A DNA stretch of 64,000 nt from an uncultured Enterobacteriaceae bacterium (GTDB lineage: Bacteria > Myxococcota_A > UBA9042): assembly GCA_964586155.1 (NCBI GenBank), contig CAZPHC010000002.1, positions 8,403-72,402 of the forward strand, written 5' to 3'. Every line of letters starts with the position of its first letter. Position 1 is the stretch's first letter. The notes below the pieces were generated by a model that was not told the origin of the DNA, made no database searches, and saw only the letters and a list, made by a program, of their open reading frames with translations. Positions 1 through 11,617 of this stretch are shown piece after piece. Position numbers and translations under genes: made by a program.

Positions 1-863
1 GCCGCGAGCGCCGCGCCGGTGCCCGCCCACAGCCACGCCGGCGAATGCGAGCGCCAGTTCATGATCAGCTTGACGCCCACGCCGACGACGCAGATCAGCG
101 CCAGCACCGCCCACTGCGCCTTGGCGCCGTAGAGCGACGGGAAGTGGTTCGACAGCATCGTGAACAGCACCGGCAGCGTCAGGTAGTGGTTGTGCGTGCT
201 GCGGGCCTTGGCGCGGGCGCCGTAGCTGGTGTCGACGGGCCGGTTCTGCGCCGTCGCGGCCAGCATCTCCTTCTGCGCCGGGATGATGATGAAAAAGACG
301 TTGCTCGCCATGATGCTGCCGAGCGTGGCGCCGATCTGCAGGAACACCGCGCGCGGCGTGAAGATCTCGCCGAGCCCGTACGCGCCGCCAGCGACGACCG
401 CGAGGCCGAGCAGGGCGAACCCGACCTTGGACTCGACCAGCTTCGTCTTGCACAGGGCGTGGTAGACGACCACCGCGCCGGCGAGGATGCCGAACGAGAT
501 GGCGACGGCGGTCGTCTGCGCCATCGGCGAGGTCGCGTCGAGCAGCATCGCCCGCCCGCCGGCCCAGTAGACGATGATCAGCAGCAGGAAGCCCGTGATC
601 CAGGTGGTGTACGACTCCCACTTGAACCAGAACAGCTCGGCAGGGAGCTTGTCGAGCGACTTGCGCTTGACCACCTCGTAGAAGCCGCCGGAGTGCGCCA
701 TCCATAGCTCGCCGACGACGTCGCCCTCGCGCGGCGTCTCGGGCGTGCGCAGCTTGCTGTCGAGCCACATGAACAAGAACGAGTCACCGATCCACATGAT
801 GGCCGCGATGACGTGGGCCCAGCGAACCGCGAGGTTCAGCCATTCTTGCAGGGTCGCGTCCAT
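1..863 (-). CDS. Integral membrane protein, truncated at its 3' end by the window edge. It carries a W-x-H-V-x-A-x-I-M-W-I-G motif resembling the N-terminal membrane domain of PuuD-type urate hydroxylases (Urate_ox_N-like).
   Basis: My own minus-strand translation from the ATG at 863..861 reads MDATLQEWLNLAVRWAHVIAAIMWIGDSFLFMWLD... and runs to base 1 without a stop. It is absent from the ORF track because no stop lies in the window. It has several hydrophobic helices and high GC3. Confidence 0.6.
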   Translation of the reverse strand, partial: MDATLQEWLNLAVRWAHVIAAIMWIGDSFLFMWLDSKLRTPETPREGDVVGELWMAHSGGFYEVVKRKSLDKLPAELFWFKWESYTTWITGFLLLIIVYWAGGRAMLLDATSPMAQTTAVAISFGILAGAVVVYHALCKTKLVESKVGFALLGLAVVAGGAYGLGEIFTPRAVFLQIGATLGSIMASNVFFIIIPAQKEMLAATAQNRPVDTSYGARAKARSTHNHYLTLPVLFTMLSNHFPSLYGAKAQWAVLALICVVGVGVKLIMNWRSHSPAWLWAGTGAALA

Positions 864-943
864 GCCACACCTCTCCGTCCAGTTGCAGCGACGGTAGCGC
901 CGAGCGGACCGCCGCTGCAACCGGGCGCGTGTCTCTCGGCTCG

Positions 944-1594
944 CTACAGGAAGCGCAGCGGATCGAACTCGTCGATCGGGATGACGCGGACGCGCGGCAG
1001 CGGGCCACCGTCGAAGGCGTCGGCGTCGTGCTCGAGGTCGATCACCTGCACGTGCGGCAGATCGCGCAGCTCGCTCGAGATGAACTCCTCGAAGCCGAGC
1101 ACCGCGACCGAGCGCGACGGGCCGGCCACCGCGCCGAGCGCCTGGGCGAAGTCGTGATCGTGGCTGGCCAGGACGACGTCGCCGGGGCGGTCGCGCAGCG
1201 CCTCGAGCGTGCGCAGGATCGCGACGTCGACGACGGATTGGTCGGCCTCGCCGACCAGCGGCACCGGGACGTAGCCCATCGCCTGCAGCGCCGCGATGAA
1301 GGAGATCGGCATGCCGCGGCTGGCGTTGAGGAAGAAGAGCGGGCGGACGTTCTTGCCGAAGCGGTGGCCGATGTAGCGGGCGACGCGCTCCCATCGTGGG
1401 CGCTGATCCGGACGCGGCCGCGCCTGCAGGATCATCTGGCCCAGCGTCATGTCGATGTTCTCGCCATCGACCAGGATGTAGACCATCGGCGCGGCTGCGG
1501 CGGCCTGGGGCGCCGCGCTCGGTGCGGCGGTCGCCTCGCCGGTGGCCTCGGCCGCTCCGCTCGTGCTCACCTCGTCATGATTCGGCACCACCAT
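944..1594 (-). CDS. NYN-domain (LabA/PIN-like) putative RNase
   Basis: The track ORF 944..1618 starts at a GTG, but the ATG at 1594 is preceded by AAGGAG at a 6-nt spacing. The VYILVDGENI motif and downstream acidic residues fit the NYN fold. Confidence 0.7.
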   Translation of the reverse strand: MVVPNHDEVSTSGAAEATGEATAAPSAAPQAAAAAPMVYILVDGENIDMTLGQMILQARPRPDQRPRWERVARYIGHRFGKNVRPLFFLNASRGMPISFIAALQAMGYVPVPLVGEADQSVVDVAILRTLEALRDRPGDVVLASHDHDFAQALGAVAGPSRSVAVLGFEEFISSELRDLPHVQVIDLEHDADAFDGGPLPRVRVIPIDEFDPLRFL

Positions 1595-1711
1595 CGTTGT
1601 CTCCTTCGTCGGTCGCACCCGAGGGTGCCCTTGCGGCGACGTCGCCTCTTGCTCGTACCTGGACCTTGCACCTTCGCCCGCGACGTCACGCGACGTCGCG
1701 GCCGTTCGCTC

Positions 1712-3532
<1,821 letters not shown>

Positions 3533-3571
3533 CGCAGCCGCGCGGCGTCGCGGCAAGGGTCCATCGACGAC

Positions 3572-4891
3572 CTACGCGCCCGCAACGGCCGTCGCCTCGC
3601 GCAGCAGCGCACGGTCCGGCCACGGGGCCGAGAAGCCCGGCGCCGGATGCGCCGCCATCAGGTCGTGCACGCCGTCGGCGATCGCGGCCAGGGCCTCGGG
3701 CTCGTTGCGCTTGCGGATCGACTCGGCGATCCAGCGCGCGACCTGGCGGCAGTCGTCCTCGTCGAGGCCACGCGACGTCAACGACGGGCTGCCGATGCGC
3801 ACGCCCGAGGGATCCATCGGCTTGCGCGGGTCGAAGGGGATGCTGTTGGCGTTGGCCTCGAGGCCGGCGGTGTCCATCGCCACCGCCGCCTCCTTGCCGC
3901 CGCAGCCGAGCGTGGTGGCGTCAAAAAGCACGAGGTGGTTGTCCGTGCCGCCGGTGACGACGCTGACGCCCTGGCGCAGCAGCTCGTCGGCCATCGCCCG
4001 GGCGTTGCGCACGATCTGATGCGCGTACGCCTCGAAGCTCGGCTGCGCCGCCTCGTGCAGCGCCACCGCCAGCGCGGCGATCGCGTGCTCGTGCGGACCG
4101 CCCTGCAAGCCCGGGAACACGGCCCGATCGACGGCGCGGGCGTGCTGCTCCTTGCACAGCAGCATGCCGCCGCGTGGGCCGCGCAGGGTCTTGTGCGTCG
4201 TGGTCGAGACGATGTCGGCGTGTGGCACCGGGCTCGGATGCGCGCCGCCGACCACCAGGCCCGCGATATGGGCGATATCGCAGAGCAGGGCGGCGCCGAC
4301 CTCGGCCGCGATGGCCGCCATGCGCTCGAAGTCGATGATGCGTGGGTAGCAGGTGGCGCCGGCGACGAGCACCGCCGGGCGTACCTCGCGGGCGCGGGCC
4401 GCGATCGCGTCGTAGTCGAGCAGGCAGCTGTCGCGGTCGATGCTGTAGTGGTGCGCCTCGAAGAAGCGGCTGGTCACGCTGACGTTGTGGCCGTGCGTCA
4501 GGTGCCCGCCCTCGGCCAACGAGAGCGCGAGGATGCGGTTGTTCTCGGACTTCTTGCTGATCAGCGCGACGTACGCGGCGAGGTTGGCCGGCGAGCCCGA
4601 GTAGGGCTGCACGTTGGCGTGATCGGCGCCGAACAGCGCCTTGGCCCGGTCGATGGCGAGCTGCTCGACGCGGTCGATGATCTGCTGCCCCTCGTAGTAG
4701 CGCTTGGTCGGGTAGCCCTCGGAGTATTTGTTCGTCAGCACGCTGCCGGTGGCGGCGAGCACGGCGGCGCTGGCGTAGTTCTCGGACGGGATCAGCTTCG
4801 CGGTGTAGAACTGCCGGGCTGTCTCGCGCGCGAGCAGGTCGTCGAGGACCGGATCGGCCACCGCGGCGGCGGTGGTGGCTGGGCTCTGCAT
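3572..4891 (-). CDS. glyA: serine hydroxymethyltransferase
   Basis: Diagnostic motifs LIPSENY, TTTHKTLRGPRGG and HLTHG are present. The true ATG at 4891 has AAGGAG 5 nt upstream. The 845-aa track ORF is an upstream read-through with no stop. Confidence 0.95.
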   Translation of the reverse strand: MQSPATTAAAVADPVLDDLLARETARQFYTAKLIPSENYASAAVLAATGSVLTNKYSEGYPTKRYYEGQQIIDRVEQLAIDRAKALFGADHANVQPYSGSPANLAAYVALISKKSENNRILALSLAEGGHLTHGHNVSVTSRFFEAHHYSIDRDSCLLDYDAIAARAREVRPAVLVAGATCYPRIIDFERMAAIAAEVGAALLCDIAHIAGLVVGGAHPSPVPHADIVSTTTHKTLRGPRGGMLLCKEQHARAVDRAVFPGLQGGPHEHAIAALAVALHEAAQPSFEAYAHQIVRNARAMADELLRQGVSVVTGGTDNHLVLFDATTLGCGGKEAAVAMDTAGLEANANSIPFDPRKPMDPSGVRIGSPSLTSRGLDEDDCRQVARWIAESIRKRNEPEALAAIADGVHDLMAAHPAPGFSAPWPDRALLREATAVAGA

Positions 4892-4908
4892 GGTCGCTCC
4901 TTGGGACG

Positions 4909-6963
4909 TCAAGCGTGGACGAACGCGGCGCGGGCGCGCGGACCTTGGGTGACGAAGGTCTCGATGCCGATCTTCATGTCCTGCAGCGCGCAGATGCGCT
5001 CGAAGCAGTCGAGCTCGTGGGCGAGGCCGTCGCGCAGCGTCCGCGTCGCGCCGCCGGTCAGGGCGTCGACCACGATGGCGTCGACCGCCTTGCTGCGGTG
5101 GCCGATGTCGCAGTCCTGCAGCGTCGGCCGCTCGGTGGCGATCGGCTCGGTCGGCATCTCGGGCACGTGCATCCGGCCCGCAGCGAGGTGCGCGACCATC
5201 GCCACCGCGACCGAGATCAACCGGTCCGGCGGCGCCAGGTGGCTGACGACGCCCGCTGCCAGCGCCTCGGTGGCGCTCAGGGCCCCGCCGGTGCGGATCA
5301 GCGTCGCCGCGCGATCGAGGCCGATCAGGCGCGCCAGCCGCTGGGTGCCGCCGCCGGCCGGCAGGATGCCGAGGTTCACCTCGGGCAGGCCGCAGAGCGG
5401 GCCACGGATCATCGCGCCGATGCGGGCCGTGCAGCCGAGCGCGAGCTCCAGGCCGCCGCCGAACGCGACGCCATTGAGCGCCGCCACGACGGGCTTGCCG
5501 AGCGTCTCGGCGCGCAGGGCGACCTGTTGCGCCAGCGCCGCGATGGCCCGGCCCTCGGCCGCGCTGCCGATGGCGCGCAGGGCGTGGATGTCGGCGCCCG
5601 AGATGAACGCCTTGGGTCCGTAGCCCGAGATCACGGCGCCGACGATATGCGGCGCGGCCGCCACGTCGTCGAGCGCCGCGGCGAGCTGGTGGTAGGTCGT
5701 GGCGTCGAGCGCGCCCAGCACCTTCGGCCGGCGCACGCGGATCAGGCGGACGACGCCGCCGTTGTCGAGCAGCAGGTCCTCCTCGACCAGGTTCGACGGC
5801 GCAAACGGCTTGCCCGTCGCGGCCTGCCGCGCCAGCGTCTGCGGCACGACGAAGCCGGGCTGGCGCACGGCGGTCGCCTGGCACAGGCGCAGGGCCTCGG
5901 CGACACCGAGCCGGTTGGCCAGGGCGCAGGGCCCGACGATGTCGAGCGCCGTGCTCACGGCGAGCTCCAGGTCGTCGACGCTGCACAGGCCGGCGTCGAC
6001 GATCTCGAAGGCGAGGCCCAGGTAGGCGCCGCGCAGGGCGTCGAGCACGCGCTGGCGGCGCACCGGATCCTCGATCGGCGCGGATTCGCCGCGTCCGCAG
6101 ACCGGCCACTGGCCCGCCGGGCCCTCGGCGGCGAGCTTGTCGCGCAGCAGCGCCGGGGTGCGGTACCAGGCGTGGATCCGGCTGTGCATCTCGTCGAGGC
6201 CGTGCGCCGTGATCGGGTTGCCGCCGGTGAGGTTCATCGCCGTGAACGGACCGACCGCGAGGCCCAGCGCCTCGCGCGCCGCGAAGTCGACCTCGGCGAT
6301 GGTGCCGAGGCCCGCTTCGACCGCGAGCGCCGCGGCCTCGAAGATGCCCTCGAAGATCGGGTCGACGGCGTAGCCGTAGCGCGAGCCGATGCGCACCGGC
6401 ACCTTGCCCAGCGCCTCGTACATGTGCATCAGCCAGTCGGTGGTGGCCTCGTCGGTGTCTGCGCCCGGCACGACCTCGACCACGGGGTTGCGCTCGGCGG
6501 GGAAGAAGTAGTGCGCGACGGCCGTGCGGCCGCGGTGCTGCAGGCCGGCGAAGATGCGCTCGGGCTCGAGGTGGCTCGAGTTCGACAGCAGCACCGTCGT
6601 CGGCCGGACCAGCGCCTCGATCTGGCCGAAGATGCGGCCCTTGAGCGCGACGTCCTCGGTCGCCGCCTCGACGATCAGGTCGGCGTCGGCCAGGGCGGCG
6701 TAGTCGCTGGTCCAGGTCGTGGCCGCCTTCATCGCGGCAGCTTCGTCGGGCTTGAACGCGCCGGTCTTCTCGCCGCGCGCCACCTTCGACTCGAACTTGG
6801 CGCGGCCGGCGTCGAGCGCCGCCTGGGCGATGTCGACCACCGTCACCTTGCCGCCGTGCGCCGCCAGGGTCTTGGCGAAGTGCAGGGCGATGTCCGGGCC
6901 GATCTGGCCAGAGCCGACGACGCCGACGTGCGCGAGGGCGCGGCCAGCAGCAGTGTACGCCAT
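4909..6963 (-). CDS. Bifunctional 3-hydroxyacyl-CoA dehydrogenase / enoyl-CoA hydratase with the dehydrogenase N-terminal (FadB'-type inverted fusion)
   Basis: The N-terminus has a GVVGSGQIG Rossmann motif plus the 3HCDH C-terminal domain. The C-terminal half is crotonase-like (ISGADI...GGGLELAL). The ATG at 6963 has GGAGG upstream. The 769-aa track ORF is an unstopped extension. Confidence 0.85.
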   Translation of the reverse strand: MAYTAAGRALAHVGVVGSGQIGPDIALHFAKTLAAHGGKVTVVDIAQAALDAGRAKFESKVARGEKTGAFKPDEAAAMKAATTWTSDYAALADADLIVEAATEDVALKGRIFGQIEALVRPTTVLLSNSSHLEPERIFAGLQHRGRTAVAHYFFPAERNPVVEVVPGADTDEATTDWLMHMYEALGKVPVRIGSRYGYAVDPIFEGIFEAAALAVEAGLGTIAEVDFAAREALGLAVGPFTAMNLTGGNPITAHGLDEMHSRIHAWYRTPALLRDKLAAEGPAGQWPVCGRGESAPIEDPVRRQRVLDALRGAYLGLAFEIVDAGLCSVDDLELAVSTALDIVGPCALANRLGVAEALRLCQATAVRQPGFVVPQTLARQAATGKPFAPSNLVEEDLLLDNGGVVRLIRVRRPKVLGALDATTYHQLAAALDDVAAAPHIVGAVISGYGPKAFISGADIHALRAIGSAAEGRAIAALAQQVALRAETLGKPVVAALNGVAFGGGLELALGCTARIGAMIRGPLCGLPEVNLGILPAGGGTQRLARLIGLDRAATLIRTGGALSATEALAAGVVSHLAPPDRLISVAVAMVAHLAAGRMHVPEMPTEPIATERPTLQDCDIGHRSKAVDAIVVDALTGGATRTLRDGLAHELDCFERICALQDMKIGIETFVTQGPRARAAFVHA

Positions 6964-7207
6964 GGTGCCTCCAGGGGTCGGGAGCGCGACGACCCGCACG
7001 GGCGCCCGGCCGACGTCACAAGTCGCCGCTCCACTAGCAGGCACGGGCCGGACCTGCAAGTCAGGGTCGGTCAAAGCCGCGTCGCCGCGGTCCGAGACGG
7101 CGCCGACCGGTGACGGAAGGCCCCAAGAAGGCCGCATTGCCGCGGTTTCCGATTGCGTTGTCTCCCAGACGCTGCGACCCTGCTGGCCTCTGCGGGGGGA
7201 GGCGACG

Positions 7208-9343
7208 ATGGCGCGCACACAGCACGGACTCCAGCGACCCAGGACAGGCCACGCGGCCTCGCTCGGCCTCGTCGCGTTGCTGCTCGTCGCCGCCGGCTGC
7301 GTCGATCACCACGAAGACAGCCACCACATCCCGCCCGAGGTCGAGGCCGCCGCGCAGACGATGGTCTTCCCGATGGCGCTCGGCGCCGCCGACTACGGCC
7401 CGGCGAATTGGGTCGCGAGCCCGAACTACGTCACCGCCAACCGCGGCAAGGGCCAGATCAAGAAGGTGATCGTGCACACGGTGCAGGGCTCCTACGCCGG
7501 CTGCATCTCGTGGTTCAAGAACCCGAGCGCCAAGGTCTCGGCCCACTTCGTCATCAGCAAGAACGGCGACGTCACGCAGATGGTCAAGGAGAAGGACATC
7601 GGCTGGCACGTCGGCAGCGAGAACGGCTACACCATCGGCATCGAGCACGAAGGCTACGTCACCGATCCCGCGTGGGTGACGCCCAAGATGCTGACGGCTT
7701 CGGCCCAGTTGACCTGCTACCTGCTCAAGAAGTACGGCCTGCCCGCGGACCGCGTCAGCGTCATGGGCCACGTCGAGCTGCCCAAGCAGACCCACACCGA
7801 TCCGGGCAAGTACTGGCCGTGGAACGACTACATGGCCCAGATCAAGGCCTGCGTCGGCGGCACGACGCCGCCCACCTGCACCGGCAACTGCGACGACGGC
7901 AACCCCTGCACCCAGGACGGCTGCAGCAACGGCGCCTGCACCCACACCTTCCAGAACGGCATCGTCTGCTGGGACGGCGACGCCTGCACCGCCGGCGAGA
8001 AGTGCAGCAACGGCAAGTGCGTCGGCGGCTCGATCGTCAAGGATTGCAACGACAACAACGCCTGCACCAACGACGGCTGCACCGCCGGCAACTGCACCCA
8101 CGCCAACAACACCGCGGCGTGCAACGACGGCAACGCCTGCACGACGGGCGACGCCTGCAAGAACGGCAGTTGCGCGGGCGGCGCCGCCAAGTCCTGCGAC
8201 GACAACAACCCGTGCACCGCGGACGCCTGCACCGCCGCCACCGGCGCCTGCACCCACGTCGCCAAGAACGCGGCCTGCGACGACGGCAACCCGTGCACCG
8301 TCGGCGACGGCTGCGACGCGGCGACCGGCGGCTGCGTCGCTGGCAAGCCGAAATCCTGCGACGATGGCGATCCCTGCACGGTCGGCGACGGCTGCGACGC
8401 CAAGACCGGCGCCTGCGTCGCGGGCGCGGCGAAGGCCTGCGACGACGGCAACCCGTGCACGCTCGGCGACGGCTGCGACAAGCTCTCGGGCTCGTGCAAG
8501 CCCGGCGCGCCGAAGGTCTGCGGCGGCCCGGGCGATCCGTGCACTGCGGGCAGCTGCAACCCGGCGACGGGCACCTGCGCTGCCGCCAACGAGGGCAAGG
8601 CCTGCGACGACGACAACCCCTGCACGACGGCTTCGACCTGCAGCGGCGGCGAGTGCCTGGCCAACGGCCTCAAGGGCTGCGAGGACGGCAACCCCTGCAC
8701 CCACGACTCGTGCGCCGGCGGCACCTGCGTCCACACGCCGCACGCGCAGTTCTGTGACGACGGCAACGGCTGTACGGTCGGCGACGTGTGCAAGAACGCC
8801 GTCTGCACGGGCGCGCCCGTCAGCTGCGAGGATGGCGACCCCTGCACACTGAACGCGCCGTGTGCGGCCGGGGCGTGCGCCGCGGGCGTGCCGACCTGCG
8901 ACGACGGCAACGACTGCACCGCCGACAGCTGCAACGCGGGCGACTGCAACCACAGCCCCCTGGACAGCGGCGACTGCGACGACGACGATCCGTGCACGGC
9001 CAAGAACACCTGTGCCCAAGGCGTCTGCAGCGTCGGCGCCCAGGTCTCGTGCAGCGACGGTGACCCCTGCACCACCGACCGCTGCGTCGCCGGCAAGGGC
9101 TGCGAGCATTCGCCAGGGCCGGGCTGCGCCGATGCCTCGGGCGCGGGCGCCGACGCCTCGGACCGCCCGGATGGCGGCGTGGGCGCTGACGACGGCGTCG
9201 GCGGCGGCAACCCGATCGTGACGCCCATGAGCCCCGCGTCGTCGGGCTGCACGGCGTCGGCTGGCCCCGGCTCCTCCCATGCTGCCTGGCTGGCGCTTGT
9301 CGCGTTGGCGATGGCCCTGGTCTTGCGGCGGCGGCGCGCCTGA
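7208..9343 (+). CDS. Secreted lipoprotein: an N-acetylmuramoyl-L-alanine amidase (amidase_2/PGRP) domain fused to about 15 tandem Cys-rich DDGNPCT-type repeats and a C-terminal MYXO-CTERM sorting tail
   Basis: The lipobox is LLVAAGC. The amidase_2 signatures are VIVHTVQGSYAGCISWF, HFVISKNGDV and GWHVG...NGYTIGIEHEG. The repeats have the form C-DDGN-x-CT-x-D-x-C, each with 4 Cys. The terminal GCTASAG plus hydrophobic helix plus RRRRA matches MYXO-CTERM. The ATG at 7208 has GGGAGG upstream. Confidence 0.85.
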   Translation: MARTQHGLQRPRTGHAASLGLVALLLVAAGCVDHHEDSHHIPPEVEAAAQTMVFPMALGAADYGPANWVASPNYVTANRGKGQIKKVIVHTVQGSYAGCISWFKNPSAKVSAHFVISKNGDVTQMVKEKDIGWHVGSENGYTIGIEHEGYVTDPAWVTPKMLTASAQLTCYLLKKYGLPADRVSVMGHVELPKQTHTDPGKYWPWNDYMAQIKACVGGTTPPTCTGNCDDGNPCTQDGCSNGACTHTFQNGIVCWDGDACTAGEKCSNGKCVGGSIVKDCNDNNACTNDGCTAGNCTHANNTAACNDGNACTTGDACKNGSCAGGAAKSCDDNNPCTADACTAATGACTHVAKNAACDDGNPCTVGDGCDAATGGCVAGKPKSCDDGDPCTVGDGCDAKTGACVAGAAKACDDGNPCTLGDGCDKLSGSCKPGAPKVCGGPGDPCTAGSCNPATGTCAAANEGKACDDDNPCTTASTCSGGECLANGLKGCEDGNPCTHDSCAGGTCVHTPHAQFCDDGNGCTVGDVCKNAVCTGAPVSCEDGDPCTLNAPCAAGACAAGVPTCDDGNDCTADSCNAGDCNHSPLDSGDCDDDDPCTAKNTCAQGVCSVGAQVSCSDGDPCTTDRCVAGKGCEHSPGPGCADASGAGADASDRPDGGVGADDGVGGGNPIVTPMSPASSGCTASAGPGSSHAAWLALVALAMALVLRRRRA

Positions 9344-9375
9344 GCCCGGGGCGCCCGACCCCGGCGCACCGACTG

Positions 9376-10641
9376 GTGGTGCTGCCTTCGTTGCGCACGG
9401 TGGATCCCGCGAGCTGGGACGCGCTGGCCGCACCGAACCACCCCTTCACGCGGTACGCCTATCTGCGTGGCCTCGAGGTCTCTGGCACCGTCGGCGCCGC
9501 GCCTGCGCCGCGTGAGGGCCTGGCTGGCCTGCGAGGCCTGCGCGGGCAAGACAGCCAATGGGTGCCCATGCACTTGCTGGTGGTCGACGCTGCGATGGCG
9601 GAGCGGCTTCACGACGCAGGTGGCGAGGACGCGCTCCCGGACGGCGTCCTGCGGCCCCTGGCGGCGGCGCCGTGCTACGCGAAGGCCGATTCCTGGGGCG
9701 AGTACATCTTCGACTTCCAATGGGCCGAGTTCTTCCGCAGCCAGGGCAAGGCCTACTACCCCAAGCTCGTCATCGGCGTGCCGTTCACGCCCGCCAGCGG
9801 CCGGCGCCTGCTGGTCGGTGCCGACGACGACGGCACCATGCGCCGGCTGCTCGCGGACGGCGCCACCGCGCTGGCGCGCCAGATCGGCGCGTCGTCGGTG
9901 CATGTGCTCTTCTGCACCGACGACGAGGCCTCGGCGTTGGGCGAGGCGGGTTATGCACGGCGCTCGACCCTGCAATACCAATGGCATGCCAACGGCGAGC
10001 GCAGCTTCGACGACTTCCTCGCCGGCCTCCGGGCGCCCTCGCGCAAGGCCATCCGTCGCGAGCGCCGCGTCGCCCAGAGCCACGGGTTGCGCCTGGAGCT
10101 GCTGCGCGGCGACGCGATGAGCCCCGGCGATTGGGCCGACGTCGCGCGGCTCTACGTGCTCGGCTGCGTCCGCTACGGCAGCACACCCTACCTGCCGACC
10201 GCGTTCTTCGACTGGATGCGCCAGCACCTGGCCGCGTCTGTGCTCTGCGCTGTCGCGCGCGACGACGCCGGCCGGATCGTGGCGATGACCTTCAACCTGC
10301 GCCAGGGCGACGCGCTCTACGGGCGCTATTGGGGCGCCGACGAGGAGTGGCCGATGCTGCACTTCGAGCTCGCCTACTACTCGCTGATCGAGTACGCGAT
10401 CGCCGAGGGCATCGTGCGCGTCGAAGCTGGATCGGGCGGCGAGCACAAGCTCAAGCGCGGCCTCGAGCCGACCATTTGCCACAGCGCGCACCGCGTGCTC
10501 GACTCCCAGCTGGCGGCGCCGATCGCGGCCTTCTTGCAACGCGAGCGCGACGCCGTCGTCCGTGCACGGGCCGAGATCACGGCCCAAGGGACGCGGCCTC
10601 GGCACGAGCCCGACGCCGCTGGGACCGTCCCGCGAGCCTGA
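9376..10641 (+). CDS. FemAB-like / BioF2-like GNAT-fold N-acyltransferase (DUF482 family)
   Basis: The 421-aa ORF has length and motifs typical of the PF04339 family (WDAL..., YYPKLVIGVPFTP, HFELAYY). The start is a GTG as given in the track. Confidence 0.65.
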   Translation: MVLPSLRTVDPASWDALAAPNHPFTRYAYLRGLEVSGTVGAAPAPREGLAGLRGLRGQDSQWVPMHLLVVDAAMAERLHDAGGEDALPDGVLRPLAAAPCYAKADSWGEYIFDFQWAEFFRSQGKAYYPKLVIGVPFTPASGRRLLVGADDDGTMRRLLADGATALARQIGASSVHVLFCTDDEASALGEAGYARRSTLQYQWHANGERSFDDFLAGLRAPSRKAIRRERRVAQSHGLRLELLRGDAMSPGDWADVARLYVLGCVRYGSTPYLPTAFFDWMRQHLAASVLCAVARDDAGRIVAMTFNLRQGDALYGRYWGADEEWPMLHFELAYYSLIEYAIAEGIVRVEAGSGGEHKLKRGLEPTICHSAHRVLDSQLAAPIAAFLQRERDAVVRARAEITAQGTRPRHEPDAAGTVPRA

Positions 10642-10656
10642 CCCCGGAGGCGACGC

Positions 10657-11295
10657 TTGCTTGCTTGGATCCTGCACCTCTCTGCCGTCCTCGGCGCTGT
10701 GCCTCCGAGCGCCGAGTCCGAGCGCATCGCGGCCTTGCGGCGCAACGATCCGGCCGCCTGGCGCGCCCTGATGGACGAGTACGTTCCGCGTCTGACGGCC
10801 TACGCCCAGCGCATGGTCAAGGAGCGCGGGCTCGCCGAGGAGATCGTCCAGGAGGCCGTCGTCGCGGTCCATGCTGGCTTCGCCAGCTTCGAGGGACGCT
10901 GCTCCCTGAAGAGCTGGCTCTACCGCGCCGTGCACAACAAGGCGATCGACGAACTGCGGCGCGCCAGGCGCTTCGTCGAGGTCGACGAGCAGCGCGAGGA
11001 CGGCGCCTGGGAGTCCCGCTTCGACCAGCGCCATTGGCGCAGCCCACCGTCGTCGTGGGAGGGCGGCCCGGGGGCGCAGATCGACGCACGACGCGTCCTG
11101 GAGGCAGTCGATCGCTCCCTGGCGACGCTGCCGCACCTGCATCGCGAGGTGCTGCTGATGAAAGAGGTGCACGGGCTCGCGCCAGAGGAGATCTGCGAGG
11201 CGCTGGGCATCTCGCCGGCGAACCTCCGTGTCTGCCTGTTCCGGGCGCGACGGGCCCTGCGCGACGTCGTCGCCAGCGAATTCGAGGGAGGCTGA
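10657..11295 (+). CDS. ECF-family RNA polymerase sigma factor (sigma-70 regions 2 and 4)
   Basis: Region 2 (EEIVQEAVVAVHAGFASFEGRCSLKSWLYRAVHN) and region 4 (LMKEVHGLAPEEICEALGISPANLRVCLFRARRAL) are both present. The TTG start has GGAGG 6 nt upstream. Confidence 0.9.
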   Translation: MLAWILHLSAVLGAVPPSAESERIAALRRNDPAAWRALMDEYVPRLTAYAQRMVKERGLAEEIVQEAVVAVHAGFASFEGRCSLKSWLYRAVHNKAIDELRRARRFVEVDEQREDGAWESRFDQRHWRSPPSSWEGGPGAQIDARRVLEAVDRSLATLPHLHREVLLMKEVHGLAPEEICEALGISPANLRVCLFRARRALRDVVASEFEGG

Positions 11296-11296
11296 G

Positions 11297-11566
11297 ATGC
11301 CGCTGCGCCACTGCCAAGACGTGCTCGCCGGGATCGACGCCGTCATCGACGGCGACGTCACGGCCCTCGAACGGACGCGCTTCTCGCTGCACCTGGCCAT
11401 GTGCCCGAACTGTGAGCGCTACTTCACGCAGTACGTCGCCGTCCGCGCTGCGTTGCGCCAGCTACCGGCCGACGCGTTGCCCGCGGACTTCGACCACGTG
11501 ATGCGCGGCGTGCTCGAGCGATCCGGCCTGATCGAACCGACCGGGCCTTCGCCCGACGAGCCCTGA
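11297..11566 (+). CDS. Zinc-finger (zf-HC2) anti-sigma factor, soluble, 89 aa
   Basis: The gene starts 1 nt after the sigma stop. The H-x3-C-x2-C motif is HLAMCPNCERY. Confidence 0.8.
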   Translation: MPLRHCQDVLAGIDAVIDGDVTALERTRFSLHLAMCPNCERYFTQYVAVRAALRQLPADALPADFDHVMRGVLERSGLIEPTGPSPDEP

Positions 11567-11617
11567 CGACGTCGCCGAGGCGCAGGCGGCTCGGACCCAG
11601 GTCTCGACCCGGGCGGA

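Noticed and set aside
3572-6109. 845-aa track ORF suggesting a much longer GlyA
   Set aside because: The SHMT N-terminus aligns at the internal ATG (4891), which has an AAGGAG RBS. The upstream 405 codons are Arg/Pro/Ala-rich with no homology. The same logic was applied to the 769-aa, 905-aa, 1384-aa, 678-aa and 617-aa track ORFs.
7061-11400. Minus-strand ORFs of 790 and 1190 aa over the amidase, FemAB-like and sigma genes
   Set aside because: They are antisense shadows. The plus-strand products have clear amidase_2, DDGNPCT-repeat, GNAT and sigma-70 region 2/4 signatures.
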